A stretch of DNA of 64,000 nt from an uncultured Planctomycetota bacterium (GCA_963845755.1 CAWJTV010000011.1:352001-416000), one strand, 5' to 3'; shown: positions 1-11,181, counted from the stretch's first letter. Numbers and translations are program-made. The notes: generated by a model not told the origin, from the letters alone.

Positions 1-1
1 C

Positions 2-226
2 TGCGACGGGCCGAGGCTCTCCGTCGCGCTCAACGGCGAAACGGTCACCCGGATGGACCTCGACCAATGGACCACGCCGAATCGCCGCCCCGACGGCTCG
101 GAGCACAAGTTCGACGTCGCCTACAAGGACCATCCTCGCTCCGGCTACATCGGGCTCCAGGACCACGGCTCGGAGTGCTGGTACAAGAACATCAAGATCA
201 AGCCGTTGAAGCCGTCGAAATCGTGA
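2..226 (+). CDS. DUF1080 (3-keto-disaccharide hydrolase-like) protein, 3' end only
   Basis: Manual translation in frame 2 gives ...LNGETVT...GYIGLQDHGSECWYKNIKIK, the typical DUF1080 C-terminus. Stop TGA at 224-226. Not in the ORF track. Confidence 0.85.
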   Translation, partial: CDGPRLSVALNGETVTRMDLDQWTTPNRRPDGSEHKFDVAYKDHPRSGYIGLQDHGSECWYKNIKIKPLKPSKS

Positions 227-296
227 GGGATTCCGGCACGTTTTGATTCTTCGCTCCGGCTGACGAGTCGCCGCGGCGCGTCGTAGGTCCGTTCGC

Positions 297-989
297 TCAG
301 GCCGTTTGGCGGGCCGCAGCCAGCCTGGCGACGAACGCCGCGTGTTCGGGCGTGGCGCAGCCTCGCTCGACCACGGCACGGAGCTGCCGCCAGTCCCTCG
401 CCAGGAGGGCGGTTGGGTCGAGCCAAAGACCGGGAAAGACCTCGGAGCGATAGATGCCGTCGGGGCCGGGTTCCAGGTCGACGAACCGCCCGTTGCGCAG
501 CACGAACCAGTAGATCTCGTCGGGCTCGATCGCGCGCACGACGTACTCCTGTACGCCGACCCGCTCGTAATCCTCGAACTTCGGCCCGAGGTCGGTATAC
601 CGCGATGTGTGCGAGACCTCGACGAGCAACTCGGGGACACCGTCAACAAACCGGGGATGGGTCTTCGTCCGGCCTCCGCATTCCGGCAAGATCCGAAGCA
701 ACACATCGGGCTGGGGTTCGCTCTTCAGTCCCAGGGCCGTTAACGCATTGTCCAGGGCTTCGACCCCCGGGGTGTTTTCCAGGTAGTAAATGATCCACGC
801 GTTCGTGGGAATATGGGCACCAGCGTGAGCGGGACCGAAGGGACTGGGCATGAGGACCACACCGTTAATCAACTCGGCCTTTGTGCCCGGCGGCATCGCT
901 TCGTAGAGCGCGTGGAACGTGGGTTGGTCGAGCCGCTGGCCGTCGACAAGCGTGCGGGAGGAGGAAGACAAAGTGGATCGAGACGACAT
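297..989 (-). CDS. Uma2 family (DUF820) endonuclease-fold protein
   Basis: Motifs AELINGVVLMPSP, PQPDVLL, PELLVEVS, K..DYERVGVQEY and SEVFPGLWLD. ATG at 989 follows an AGAGGAG RBS. Confidence 0.9.
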   Translation of the reverse strand: MSSRSTLSSSSRTLVDGQRLDQPTFHALYEAMPPGTKAELINGVVLMPSPFGPAHAGAHIPTNAWIIYYLENTPGVEALDNALTALGLKSEPQPDVLLRILPECGGRTKTHPRFVDGVPELLVEVSHTSRYTDLGPKFEDYERVGVQEYVVRAIEPDEIYWFVLRNGRFVDLEPGPDGIYRSEVFPGLWLDPTALLARDWRQLRAVVERGCATPEHAAFVARLAAARQTA

Positions 990-1204
990 CGCGGTGATCT
1001 CCTCTTTGAGGCGCGATTGGACCACATCCATTGTAGACCAAAATCCACCGGTCCGCCAAGGCGAGCGCACGGCACAAGTCCGCGCCCGAGACATGCCGGC
1101 TCCTCTCGATAAGACCCTTGAGTCCCGCAGTCGCCCAGCGTTACAATACATCGCGACATTTGTCGGAGACATGGGCCGGCTGGATCAAACGGGGAGGACG
1201 AGCG

Positions 1205-2918
1205 ATGGTGACCCGACGAGTCATCGCGGTGTGGTTGATCGGGGTCGCGCTGAGTGTCGTGGCGGCCGGAGACGAACCGCGGAAGGTATCGGGCCGGGTG
1301 CTCGACGCGGCCGGCCGGCCGGTGGTGGGCGCCGAGGTTGCCACGATGTGGGACGGTGTCGGCGGAACGGCGATGCGCCCGTTTCACGGTGTGCGAACGG
1401 ATGCCGACGGCCGATTCACGCTGGAGGTCAACTTCTGGCAAGGCTATAAACCGTTCCTGGCCTACAACCGGGAGCACACGCGCGGGGGCCTCGTCATCGT
1501 CGATCCCAAGTCGTCCGGCAAACTGGTGGAGATCCGGCTTGGGCCGCTGGTGCAAGTTCACGGCCGGTTCTCTTGCGACGAGCTTGGCGAGCGGCCCGAT
1601 TGGACGAACGTCTACATGAACGTGATGCCGGGCCGGCTGCCGGTCCCGCAGGTCCTGAACAAGCTGGCCCCCAGTCCGCTCCGGCTGGTGCAGTGCACGT
1701 CCGGGCAAGCGGCGTTCGCATTCCTCCTTCCGGCCGGTCATTACCAGTTCCATGGCTACGGCAACTTCTCCGATTATCACGCCATCCGCCGTGTGATCGA
1801 GGTCAAGGCCGACGAGCCCGACCTCGACCTGGGAACAGTTCAACCTGAAGCCGACGGACCTGGCCCGACGATATGGCAGGACCGCGCCGGCCCTGCACGT
1901 GACCGACGCCAAGGGGATCCGCAAGGACATCACGCTCGCCGATTTCCGCGGCAAGTGGGTGCTGCTCGAATTCTGGGCGACCTGGTGCGGGCCGTGCGTC
2001 TCGGCGGGGCTGCCCGCACTGGTCAAGTTGGACAAGGACCTCAGCGCCCACCGCGACCAGTTCGCGATCCTGACCGTCCATCACACCAGCGCCAAAACCC
2101 TCGATGAGCTACAGCCCCAACTGGAGCAGGTCAGCAAGACGTTCTGGAAGGGGAATCCCTTGCCCTTCCCGATTCTGCTCGACTCGACCGGTCAGACGAT
2201 CAAGGATTACGACGTGAGTGCCTACCCGACCGAGTTCTTGATCGACCCGGAGGGACGGCTGGTCCGGATTCACGAAAGGGCGGAGGAAATCCTGAAAGCG
2301 AAGCTGCTCGGACTCAGCCCGGGTCGCCAGGTCAGTCGGGACCTCGACCAGGAGCAGAACTTCGGCATCGACGCGATGCCGCTGGACCTGGCCCTCCATT
2401 ACCTGATCGGACAGAGATTCCCGGACGAGCCGCACCGGATTGCCGAGATGGTGACGGCGGCCGGCGTGGACCCCGGTGATCCCATCCCACTGACGCTCAC
2501 GGCGGAACTCAGCGTGCGGAGCTGGCTCGACTTGTTCCTGAGCCCGTTCGGCCTGAGCTACGAGATTCAGGATGACAAGCCGGTCATCATCCCGCGCAAG
2601 CCGGACACGGCCCCATCGCCACTTTCGGCCCGCCAGCGCGAGGCCGCCGAGCGGCTTCGTCACGTGCTGGAAAAGCGGCAGGCCTTCGACTTCCGCGGCA
2701 AGTCGCTGGCCGCGGTGGTCAAGGCCCTGGCCGAGCAGACCCAGGAGCCGATCGCGCTGGACCCGATCGCTCGCCGGAGCGGTACGATCGATCCCGAGGC
2801 GACCGTCACCGGCTCCGATCACGGCAAACCGCTGGGCGAGGCCGTGAGCGACCTGCTCCAGCCCCTGGGCCTGCGTCCCGTGATCCGCGATGAGGTGATC
2901 CTCCTGACCAGGCCCTGA
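1205..2918 (+). CDS. Secreted TlpA/redoxin-family protein: carboxypeptidase-regulatory-like domain, thioredoxin domain (WCGPC) and two STN-like repeats; frameshift ~1841
   Basis: Signal peptide, then GRVLDAAGRPVVGAEV...TDADGRF. Removing 1 nt near 1841 joins ORF 1118-2107 to ORF 1899-2918, which carries LADFRGKWVLLEFWATWCGPC. Confidence 0.8.
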
Positions 2919-2945
2919 GCGCCATCGGACCGCCGGAGTCTTGTG

Positions 2946-3581
2946 ATGACAGGGAAGCAGGTCCCACCGGTCCGGAGCTGGTCGACGCCGACGGTCCGCC
3001 AGATGATGAAGCTGGTGGTCTTCGCCGCGGTCGCATCGCTGTGCCTGGTGCCGGTGGTGCGCTGGGCCGAAATCGGCGCCGTAAGCTGGCCGTTCGCGGT
3101 CCTGATGGAAGCGGTGGCCATCCCGATGGTCCTCGCCATCGTCGCGTTCCCGCTGGTCAAGCGAGGTCCGCTCAAAGACTGGGTGATTCGAGCCTTGCTG
3201 CTGACGTCCGTCGGCGTCATCCTCGGCGCGGCGATTTACTCGATGGTCTGGGGAGCCGTCGGGCCACAGTCCCTCAATCTCTGGGCGCGCTCGACCGGCA
3301 TGACCGTGGGGTTCCTCCGAGAGGTCACCCTCGTGCTGGGAATTCCCTTTATCATCGTCGTGCAGCAGCTCGTACCCGGCCGCTGCCCCGCCTGCAACAA
3401 AACGCGACTGCTCCCCGACGCCCCGATCCGCGTTCCGCCCAGGCCTGCGCCGGCGCGAGCCTATCGGTGCCTCGCATGCGATGGGCGATTCTGGAAGAAT
3501 GCTGGCTCATGGAGCGCGGTCCCGGGCGACCTGACACTGGCCATGTCCAACCCATGCGGAGAGCGGGAACGCGTGGGTTGA
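2946..3581 (+). CDS. Membrane protein (about 4 TM segments) with C-terminal CxxC...CxxC zinc ribbon
   Basis: Four hydrophobic stretches followed by CPAC...CLAC. Starts immediately downstream of the TlpA gene. Confidence 0.6.
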   Translation: MTGKQVPPVRSWSTPTVRQMMKLVVFAAVASLCLVPVVRWAEIGAVSWPFAVLMEAVAIPMVLAIVAFPLVKRGPLKDWVIRALLLTSVGVILGAAIYSMVWGAVGPQSLNLWARSTGMTVGFLREVTLVLGIPFIIVVQQLVPGRCPACNKTRLLPDAPIRVPPRPAPARAYRCLACDGRFWKNAGSWSAVPGDLTLAMSNPCGERERVG

Positions 3582-3977
3582 GTGTGTACTCAGGGTCACC
3601 ATAGGCGCACCCTGGGTCGTTGCAAACGCGTCACTCCAACTTCGTCTCGTCAACCGTCTCGTCTTGAAGGTCTCCGCGTCTCCCCGCACGTCGTCCCGGG
3701 TTGTCCCCGGTGAATCCACGCGCGGCTTCCAGACCTGATAGAGGCCGCGCGGCAGGGTGATCGGTCGATGCCGGTGGTCGATCACGGTCGCCCGCTCGGC
3801 AAGCACGCGCAGATACAGCGTCTCGCCCCGATCCAGCCGATCGGCCACTCCCGACCGATCCAGCCGATGACTGTGGCCCGTCGCTTCCCCTTCCACCACG
3901 ACCCATCCCGGCCGCTGGACCATATCACCCGGGATCGCCTCGATGGCCGTAATGAATAGATCACCATGCCTCCACAT
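3507..3977 (-). CDS. Small conserved hypothetical protein (HGD...EGEATGHSH family), probably degenerate at the 3' end
   Basis: WRHGDLFI...VEGEATGHSHRL...PITLPRGLYQV resembles a recurrent ~100 aa family. The tail looks divergent and overlaps the neighbouring gene. Confidence 0.5.
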   Translation of the reverse strand: MWRHGDLFITAIEAIPGDMVQRPGWVVVEGEATGHSHRLDRSGVADRLDRGETLYLRVLAERATVIDHRHRPITLPRGLYQVWKPRVDSPGTTRDDVRGDAETFKTRRLTRRSWSDAFATTQGAPMVTLSTHSTHAFPLSAWVGHGQCQVARDRAP

Positions 3978-4169
3978 CGCTGGTCTCCTTCTCGGGGAGG
4001 ATCCGCGTCTGGGACAGACGCTACCCCTCCCATCGACCGGATCGTCCGATGTCGCGACATAGTGTAAAACAGTTCAGTATCGATGTCAAGAAAAAAGTCG
4101 CCCGGAGCCGGGATTTCCGAATCGATCGTCCGGCGGGGCGATCGTGGGGATTTGCGCGAATTCGACGGC

Positions 4170-4913
4170 CTACGACTTACCGACGACGGCCTTCAACGCC
4201 TCCTTGGCCAGCTTTGTGGGATAGGCGTCGGGATGGCCGGTGGCCATCTCCTTGAGGATCGCCACAGCATCGGGCGTGCCGAGGTGTTCCAGCAACACGA
4301 TGGCGCAGGATTCGCGGGTCCACTTCTTCTTCGGGATGCCCCAGGAATCCACGTTGATGCGCTCGATGCGATGTTCGGCCCACCACGAGTGGCCCGTCAA
4401 GGCCGTCTTGGCTGTGAAGTTGAACCCGTTCAGGACCGGTGCCAATTGGAGGTCCTGCTTCTCTTCCAGAGACCCGGCCTCACGTGCGCTCAAGACCTCG
4501 ACCATGCGCCGTCGGGCCGGGTATTCGGTGTAGCGATCCATCAGGGTCGGGAGATCGATAGCCAGTCGAGGATCGAAGTACTCGAGCTCTTCGAATGCCG
4601 GCTTCCATACCTTCTTATTGGCGCTGCCCAGCTTGAGAATCAGCGACTTGACCTGCCCGGACGAGATCGTGAGCGGCTTCATCCTCGACCTGAGGAAGGC
4701 GACCGCGCCGTTGGGCCGGTCAGACAGGTTGAGCAAGGCCCGGGTGGCGACCGTTTCTCCCTTCTCCAGGTCGGCCCACCAGGCTTCCATCGATTTGCCA
4801 TCGAGGGTCGTCGCCGGGGCTGCCCCGGTTGACGGGGAAACGACCACGACCCACGCCGCGATTCCGAGCGTAGCCACGATCAGGCCGGCGGCCTGGATTC
4901 GTGCGGAGACCAT
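4170..4913 (-). CDS. Hypothetical exported HEAT-like helical protein
   Basis: N-terminal hydrophobic segment. WWADL...AVAFLRSRMKP...LLEHLGTPDAVAILKEMATG resembles the C-terminal module of planctomycete WD40/ECF proteins. Confidence 0.6.
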   Translation of the reverse strand: MVSARIQAAGLIVATLGIAAWVVVVSPSTGAAPATTLDGKSMEAWWADLEKGETVATRALLNLSDRPNGAVAFLRSRMKPLTISSGQVKSLILKLGSANKKVWKPAFEELEYFDPRLAIDLPTLMDRYTEYPARRRMVEVLSAREAGSLEEKQDLQLAPVLNGFNFTAKTALTGHSWWAEHRIERINVDSWGIPKKKWTRESCAIVLLEHLGTPDAVAILKEMATGHPDAYPTKLAKEALKAVVGKS

Positions 4914-4927
4914 CGTCGGGAACCTCC

Positions 4928-5254
4928 TCAAAATCCATCGGCGCCGATCACGCCGAAGAAGATCCGGGTGATGAACCACAAGAGCAGTCCCGCGATCGCG
5001 ATGAAGGCCATCAATCGCCGGATCGAGACGATGCTCCTTCCCCTCAGGTTAAGCGACAGGAGCACGATCAGGAAGAGCCCCAGGAAGAACCCCGTGATCC
5101 CCCATCGGAGCACGCAGCCGATCTGGGCGATCTGGTCCGGCCCTTTGGCGATCGCCCGGAGCGTGCCCACGAGGAACCCGCCCATCAGCCCCCCGATCGG
5201 GAAGAGGATGGCGGCTGATCCACTCCTTGCGAGCTTCGCGGCGGGTTGATCCAT
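4928..5254 (-). CDS. Small membrane protein (3 TM segments)
   Basis: Hydrophobic segments plus the SIRRLMAFIAIAG motif common in small planctomycete membrane proteins. Confidence 0.55.
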   Translation of the reverse strand: MDQPAAKLARSGSAAILFPIGGLMGGFLVGTLRAIAKGPDQIAQIGCVLRWGITGFFLGLFLIVLLSLNLRGRSIVSIRRLMAFIAIAGLLLWFITRIFFGVIGADGF

Positions 5255-5405
5255 GATGACGCTCCGATCGAAGCGGGTGAGGCCCACGGCGTCCGACAGG
5301 CGTCGGACCTCCCCCATTGAATCGAGCGGAGCGTCGAAGGGCAAGAGCCTAGCGGACGATCTTGCGGCGCGCACGGCGGCGCTCGTCTCGGTCCTGTCCG
5401 GCTCG

Positions 5406-7068
5406 TCAGTTCGCCGGCGTCTTCTCGGCATTCGCGGCTTTCACGACCAGGAGCAGGGGACGGCGGCTCGCCCACTGGCCGGCCCCTTCGCGGCTGACGA
5501 GGTCGTAGCCGGACCAATTGGGTCCCCGGACATCTTCGCTGAGGAACCGAAGCAGGATGCCGTGCCCTTCGCGTTCGGCCTTGGCCTGGGCGCGAACCAG
5601 GGGCGTGATGTCGAAGAGCTTCCAGCCGTCCCCGGGTTCGAATTTGTAGGTCCCGAACGGCTCCGGAGCGTAGCGGGGATGTTGGCTCCAGTGGGCCATC
5701 TCGGGCCAATCGTCCAGGATCTCGAAGGCGTGGATCGGTCCGGTGGGTGGGTTCGAAGTGGTCTTGCGCGAATAGAGCGCGATCAGGAATTGCCGGTCGG
5801 ACGCGGCGGCTTCTTGTCGTGGGATCGTTCCGCACTCGATCAAGACCCGGACTCCGCCGCCGTTGTTCCCCATTCCGAAGTTGTCGACATGACCAAGATT
5901 CTGATCGGGGAGGTAAGCCAGGATCATGCAGTCCTTGGACACGGGGACAGCCCGAAGGATCGGCCCGGTCGCGCGTTTCGCCAGTTCCGGGTCAACCTCG
6001 GCGGATTGCGTTGAACCGGAACCCTTCTTCCTGGGCGATTTCGCCCGGCCGGTACCGGACTGTTGCGGCGATGGAGCAGCCGGTGCCGGTGAAGGCTCCG
6101 CCGCTGTCGCGGAACTGGGTTCCGGTCGGGGTGCCGCGATTGCGTCGGCTTCGAACTGGGGTTGCGCCTCGGCCGCGCGCTGGGTCAGCGCCACGGTTCC
6201 AACAGTCGCGATCGCGACGACGGCGACCATCACCGTCGTCGTGGTCTTTAACGATGTGAGCCACATGGTGGAGAGCACTCCGCGGGCGATGCTTTGGGCC
6301 GTCGCCGAGACGGCTCCGCCGGTCGCCTGGCCTGATTTCCCGAAGAGACGGGCGGCCCGCGCGATGGTCTCAACGGTGACCTCGGGCAGTCGGGCGGCGG
6401 CCGCGTCGGCGGCTGCGCCCACCGCGATCAGTCCGGTCAACAGCGTGACGCCGCGAAGGGTCAAACGGCGGCCGAGCAACTTTCGCGCCGAGCCAGCCGT
6501 CCTCGCACCGTGCTCTCGGCCAGTCGGAGCTGCCGGGCTGCCTGTTCCTGGGTCATCCCCTCGAGGTAGCAGACCACGATGGCCGAGCGGTAGGATCCCG
6601 GCAGGCGGCCGATCTCCTCGTGCAGGATGCGGACCCGCTCGTCCCGGCTCTCGCCCTCACCCGGCGGGCGATCCGCGATCGCGACGGACCGCTGGCAGGC
6701 CGCTTCGCCATCGCGGAGCCGCCGCGCGCGGCGGCCGTCCGCGCCTTGCGGGCCGTGCGCAGGGCGACCCCGTAGAGCCAGTTGCTCAAGTGCTCCCGAT
6801 CGCCGAGCGTCCACGCCTTGCGTGCCAGCACCAGGAATGTCGCCTGGAAGGCATCCTCCGCCGCGTGGATGTCGTGGAGCACCGTCTGGCAGACCCGCAG
6901 GACCATCGTCCCGTGTCAACCGACGATCGCGGCGAACGCCGCTTCCGCCGCCTCGTCGTCACCGTCCACAAACTGGCCCAGGAGCTGCGCATCGGTCAGC
7001 GTCCCCACGCTCCCCACGCGAAACAGTCGCTCGAGCTGCCACCCGGCTCCGATTCGTGTACCTCTCAT
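5406..7068 (-). CDS. ECF sigma-70 factor with TM segment and C-terminal DNRLRE-like extension; disrupted by TGA at 6916-6918 and frameshifts at ~6720 and ~6495
   Basis: TDAQLLGQF..AAFAAIV, HGTMVLRVC..AEDAFQATFLVLARKA, WLYGVALR, YRSAIVVCYLEGMTQEQAARQL. C-terminus has FDITPLVRA..HGILLRF..SREG..RPLLLV. Confidence 0.8.
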
Positions 7069-7206
7069 GGTCGCTCCGTTGGGTCGCGTCGCGTGGCCCG
7101 CTCCGTCTCTTCAAGGAGTACTGCCCGCCCCGGGCAACACCCTCACGCCACTTTCTGCAATTCTTGATGAAAGGCCGCGGCGCGAGGAAGCCGGACCCAA
7201 GGCGTC

Positions 7207-8100
7207 TCACTCGAGACTCGAAACGGCTTCTCCGCCGTTGCGGGTACCCAGGGCCTGCCAGGTCTGAAGGGCGATCGTATCTTTCATGAACGCGACGTGC
7301 CCGTCGGCGAAGAGGACGTTGGCCCCCGAGGAGTGCATGCTCCCCGCGGTCCAGGCGCCCTGCTGGACGAGTCCACCATTGGTGCACGTGTGGTCGTTGA
7401 TCCCGAGGATGTGGTTGTACAGAGTGTACCCGAACCCGGAGCTCGTCCAGTCCATGCCCTTGCCGAGACTCTGGAGCTGAGCAAGCTGCGGGTCCAGACC
7501 ATGACATGCCGCGGCGAATGGCGGGAGGTCCGTCTGACCAATCAGTTGGTTGGGGGTCGAGAAGACGGCCCGCTTGGGGTCCCGAACCTGGGGGTCGCCA
7601 TTGCCTCGGACCCACTCCGAGATGGCCGCCGTGTTGCTCAATCCGTCGGCGAAATCGCGGATGGAGGCGCCGAACGCCCCGTTCCGCACTCGGCCCGAGC
7701 TGGTGAACCCGACACCGCCGTTACCGGCGTAATTGTTGCCACCCGGCAGCCCCGCCGGCGCCTGGTCCGAGGGACACAAGAAAACGGCGATCGTGGTCAA
7801 CCGGGCGGTGAGTCCGGCGGGTGTCGCCGTCGTTGTATCCCGAGGGAGGTTGGCCAGGGTGGTCTGCTCGATCTCTCTCAAGAGCCGGAAGAGGCTGCCG
7901 GGTATGGACTCCGATCGGCTGACGTGGTTGTTGATGGCGACCCCGAGCTGGTGCAGGTTGCCAGCGCACTGCGCGCGCCGCGCCGCCTCGCGCGCCGCCT
8001 GCACAGCCGGGAGCAAGAGGGCCACCAGCACGCCGATGATCGCGATGACCACCAGCACTTCGATCGCGGTGAAGCCCGCGGGCGCGGTCCGCCGGATCAT
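7207..8100 (-). CDS. DUF1559 prepilin-type N-terminal cleavage protein (H-X9-DG)
   Basis: [59 protein letters not shown]. Confidence 0.95.
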   Translation of the reverse strand: MIRRTAPAGFTAIEVLVVIAIIGVLVALLLPAVQAAREAARRAQCAGNLHQLGVAINNHVSRSESIPGSLFRLLREIEQTTLANLPRDTTTATPAGLTARLTTIAVFLCPSDQAPAGLPGGNNYAGNGGVGFTSSGRVRNGAFGASIRDFADGLSNTAAISEWVRGNGDPQVRDPKRAVFSTPNQLIGQTDLPPFAAACHGLDPQLAQLQSLGKGMDWTSSGFGYTLYNHILGINDHTCTNGGLVQQGAWTAGSMHSSGANVLFADGHVAFMKDTIALQTWQALGTRNGGEAVSSLE

Positions 8101-8304
8101 GCTCGTCTCCCTCCCACAATCGACTGCACCGCACCACGCCGCGCCAGATCGAAGAGGACCGGCCCGGTGGGCGGTCATGACTCCCCCCCATCGTACCAGG
8201 CCGGCCCCGACCCGAAACCCCCCAGGCGTCAAGTCCGGCGCAGCGCGCGACGCACCGGTCCACGATCGCAGGGACACGGGGAGTCCCGCCACGACACCGC
8301 GGTG

Positions 8305-11181
8305 TCAGTCGTCGCGATCCACCGACCGCCGGCGCTGAGGGGTGGGACCCGGATCGATCATGCTGGCCGCCCAGGTGGAGGTCGATCCGATGCTGCCCGA
8401 CGCGGTGGCGTAGGAGGGATCGCTGGGCGTATCGCCGATGACGTCGTAGCCCTGCGCGCCGTCGGTCCCGATCCAACTGCCCTGCGTCGTCGTGGCCGCC
8501 TCGAGGGACGTGGCCGAGGATGTTGGCGCCGACGGGTCGATGAAGATCCCGCTGAGCACCGCGTTCACGCCCGATTCCCGCGTGATCGTGATCACGACGT
8601 CGCCTGACACTTTCCAGTTCAGATACACCCCACCCGTAAACGAGGAGACCGTCTCGGTGCTTAGCACCGTCCCCGTCGCCGCGTCGCTGATCTGGATCTG
8701 CTCGACGCGGCTCGGCGAGCTCTGCAAATCGAGCACGTACAGTTCGATGTCGTGCTCCTGGCCGTCGGTCAGGTTCAGGTTCACCGTGAAGCTGGTGGTC
8801 GAGTACCAGGATGCCTCGATCCGGCCGGATCCGCCCGGGTTTTGCAGGGCCTGGCGCACGGTCGTGCTGGTCGACCAGACCCATTTCGACTCGCCGCTGG
8901 CCGAGATGGTGGCGTAGGAGGGCAAGCTGGGGGTATCGCCGATGACGTCGTAGCCTTGCGCACCGTAGGTCCCGATCCAATTGCCCTGCGTTGTCGTGTC
9001 CGTCTTGAGGAACGTGGCCGAGGACGCCTGCGGTGGCGGGTCGATGAAGATCCCGCTGAGCACCGCGTTCACGCCCGATTTCCGCGTGATCGTGATCACG
9101 ACGTCGCCCGACACTTCCCAGTTCAGATACACCCCCCCCATAAACGAGGAGACCGTCTCGGTGCCCAGCACCGTCCCCGTTGCCGCGTCACTGATCTGGA
9201 TCTGTTCGACCCGCTGCGGCGAGCTCTGCACGTCGAGCGCGTACAGTTCGATGTCGTGCTCCTGGCCGTCGGTCAGGTTCAGGTTCACCGTGAAGCTGGT
9301 GGTCGAGTACCAGGATGCCTCGATCCGGCCGGATCCGCCCGGGTTTTGCAGGGCCTGGCGCGCGGTCGTGCTGGTCGACCAGACCCATTTCGACTCGCCG
9401 CTGGCCGAGATGGTGGCGTAGGAGGGCAAGCTGGGAGTGTCGCCGATGACGTCGTAGCCCTGCGCGCCGTAGGTCCCGATCCAATTGCCCTGCGTGGTCG
9501 TATCCTCCGGGGGTGTGAGGATAACGGCCGACGACTGGGGATCGATGAAGTCGAGCAGCGCGTCGTATCGGGGCGTCAGGTTCGAGGGCTCTCCCAGGTA
9601 ATCCATGCTTCCGTACTCGCCCCATTGGTTCGGAAGCTGGCTGAAGTCGAAATAGTTTACCTCCGTCACACCCGCGGCTTCGAGCTCGTTCAAGTAGGCC
9701 ATGACCACGGCGAACTGGCCGGGATCGGTCTGGGCCGCGATGTAGGTCTTGTACCAGGAGGTCGAGGTCGAGGCCTTCACCTGCTGCCCACCCTCATACA
9801 TCATCACGGGGATATTCTGGTTGAGCTGCGTCTCCCAGGAACTCCTCATCGTCATGAAATTCTGGAGTTCCTGGTCGAATCCGCCGGTCACGTCCGTCAT
9901 CTCGGCCGCATCGAACTGCTGGACGGTCGTTTGGGAGTTGAACGAGTTCGTGTTGGGGAGGTAATACGCGGCCCCCGAGATGACGTCGAACCCATGATCG
10001 GGATCGCTCGGGCTGCTGATCGCCACCAGTTGGGTGATCTCCTGGTTAAAAGTCGCGGGGACCTCGAACTGGGCGGCCACGACGCGTTCCATGCGGCCGG
10101 TCTGGCCGCCGAACGCCTGGAGCCAGATATCCCAGCAATTATCCGTGGCCAGGTCGGCCATGGCCTGGGATTGATTGATCCCGTTGGCAATTGCATATGA
10201 ATGAACATAATTATATTCATATTGATAGTTCGAATTCCAGAGCTCGTTGCCGTATTCGACGTAGACTTTCAGCCCGGGATCGAGGTTGTCGCTGACGTAA
10301 TCGGCGAAGTTGAGCTCATAGTTGGGGTCGGCGTTGACGGGCATGGTGACCCACATGTTCTCCTGGAGGGTGTTGCAGAGAGCGACCATGTCCTCCACGC
10401 TGATCCCGGCGGGTGTTGCCTGGGTGAAATAGGTCGGGGTTGTCCGCTCCGCCCAGGTCAGCTCGCCGCTCTGTCCGTCGCTGGTCGTCGCCGAGTTGAA
10501 GTCGGGGAGCATCATGTCCATGAACCGCAGGGTCGAGAACGATTGGAGCGCGCTGAGGTATTGCGGATTGAACGGCTGGGTCTGGTAGGTACCCTGGAGG
10601 CCCGGCAAGACCAGCCGGATGTTCTGGACGTAATCCGCCGGATTCGAGCTGGTAATCGCGATGACTATGCCCCATGGGGATGTCGCGCTGATGGTGACGT
10701 TCTGCGGCTGCCCGGTCCCGCCGCTCTGCGTGAAGGTCTGGACGGGATCGACGAAGTCGTTGATCGCGATCGTCCCGGATCCGTCGAAGGTGAGCGTATA
10801 AGTGCCGGTGGGATAGTACTCCCCCTGGTTGTCGAACACGAAGGTATCCATGGCATAGCCCTGCGATGGCAGGTTGCCGAGGCCGATGGGGTATCCGTTG
10901 GAGTCCAGGGACGGGGTCGTGACATTGGGGATGTTCCAGGGGTACCCGGGGCTTTTCGCGGGGGTGACGTTCCACTGATACTTGGCCATCTCCATCACGT
11001 TCGCGAATGGGATGTCGGTCGCGCCATAACTGAGGCCGCCGAGATTCATGCCGACGCCCATGCCCGAGGAGAGCAGGGTTCGCCGTTCCAGCCCCTCGAT
11101 GGCGATTCCGCGGCGGTGGTTGCGCTCGCGATTCGACCCGGGTCGCCGGGACCTTGCGGGATTGTGGCGGAATAGGTTCAT
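8305..11181 (-). CDS. Secreted glycoside-hydrolase-like (TIM-barrel) protein with 2 full and 1 partial C-terminal 168-aa repeats
   Basis: Planctomycete LERRTLLS export motif. Core motifs LRFMDM, VEYGNELWN and YEGGQ. Repeats start DTTTQGNWIGTYGAQGY. Confidence 0.75.
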   Translation of the reverse strand: MNLFRHNPARSRRPGSNRERNHRRGIAIEGLERRTLLSSGMGVGMNLGGLSYGATDIPFANVMEMAKYQWNVTPAKSPGYPWNIPNVTTPSLDSNGYPIGLGNLPSQGYAMDTFVFDNQGEYYPTGTYTLTFDGSGTIAINDFVDPVQTFTQSGGTGQPQNVTISATSPWGIVIAITSSNPADYVQNIRLVLPGLQGTYQTQPFNPQYLSALQSFSTLRFMDMMLPDFNSATTSDGQSGELTWAERTTPTYFTQATPAGISVEDMVALCNTLQENMWVTMPVNADPNYELNFADYVSDNLDPGLKVYVEYGNELWNSNYQYEYNYVHSYAIANGINQSQAMADLATDNCWDIWLQAFGGQTGRMERVVAAQFEVPATFNQEITQLVAISSPSDPDHGFDVISGAAYYLPNTNSFNSQTTVQQFDAAEMTDVTGGFDQELQNFMTMRSSWETQLNQNIPVMMYEGGQQVKASTSTSWYKTYIAAQTDPGQFAVVMAYLNELEAAGVTEVNYFDFSQLPNQWGEYGSMDYLGEPSNLTPRYDALLDFIDPQSSAVILTPPEDTTTQGNWIGTYGAQGYDVIGDTPSLPSYATISASGESKWVWSTSTTARQALQNPGGSGRIEASWYSTTSFTVNLNLTDGQEHDIELYALDVQSSPQRVEQIQISDAATGTVLGTETVSSFMGGVYLNWEVSGDVVITITRKSGVNAVLSGIFIDPPPQASSATFLKTDTTTQGNWIGTYGAQGYDVIGDTPSLPSYATISASGESKWVWSTSTTVRQALQNPGGSGRIEASWYSTTSFTVNLNLTDGQEHDIELYVLDLQSSPSRVEQIQISDAATGTVLSTETVSSFTGGVYLNWKVSGDVVITITRESGVNAVLSGIFIDPSAPTSSATSLEAATTTQGSWIGTDGAQGYDVIGDTPSDPSYATASGSIGSTSTWAASMIDPGPTPQRRRSVDRDD
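8380..9505. repeat. Intragenic tandem duplication with 504-bp period (two near-identical copies plus a truncated third)
   Basis: CCAA(T/C)TGCCCTGCG recurs at 8473, 8977 and 9481. Confidence 0.9.
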
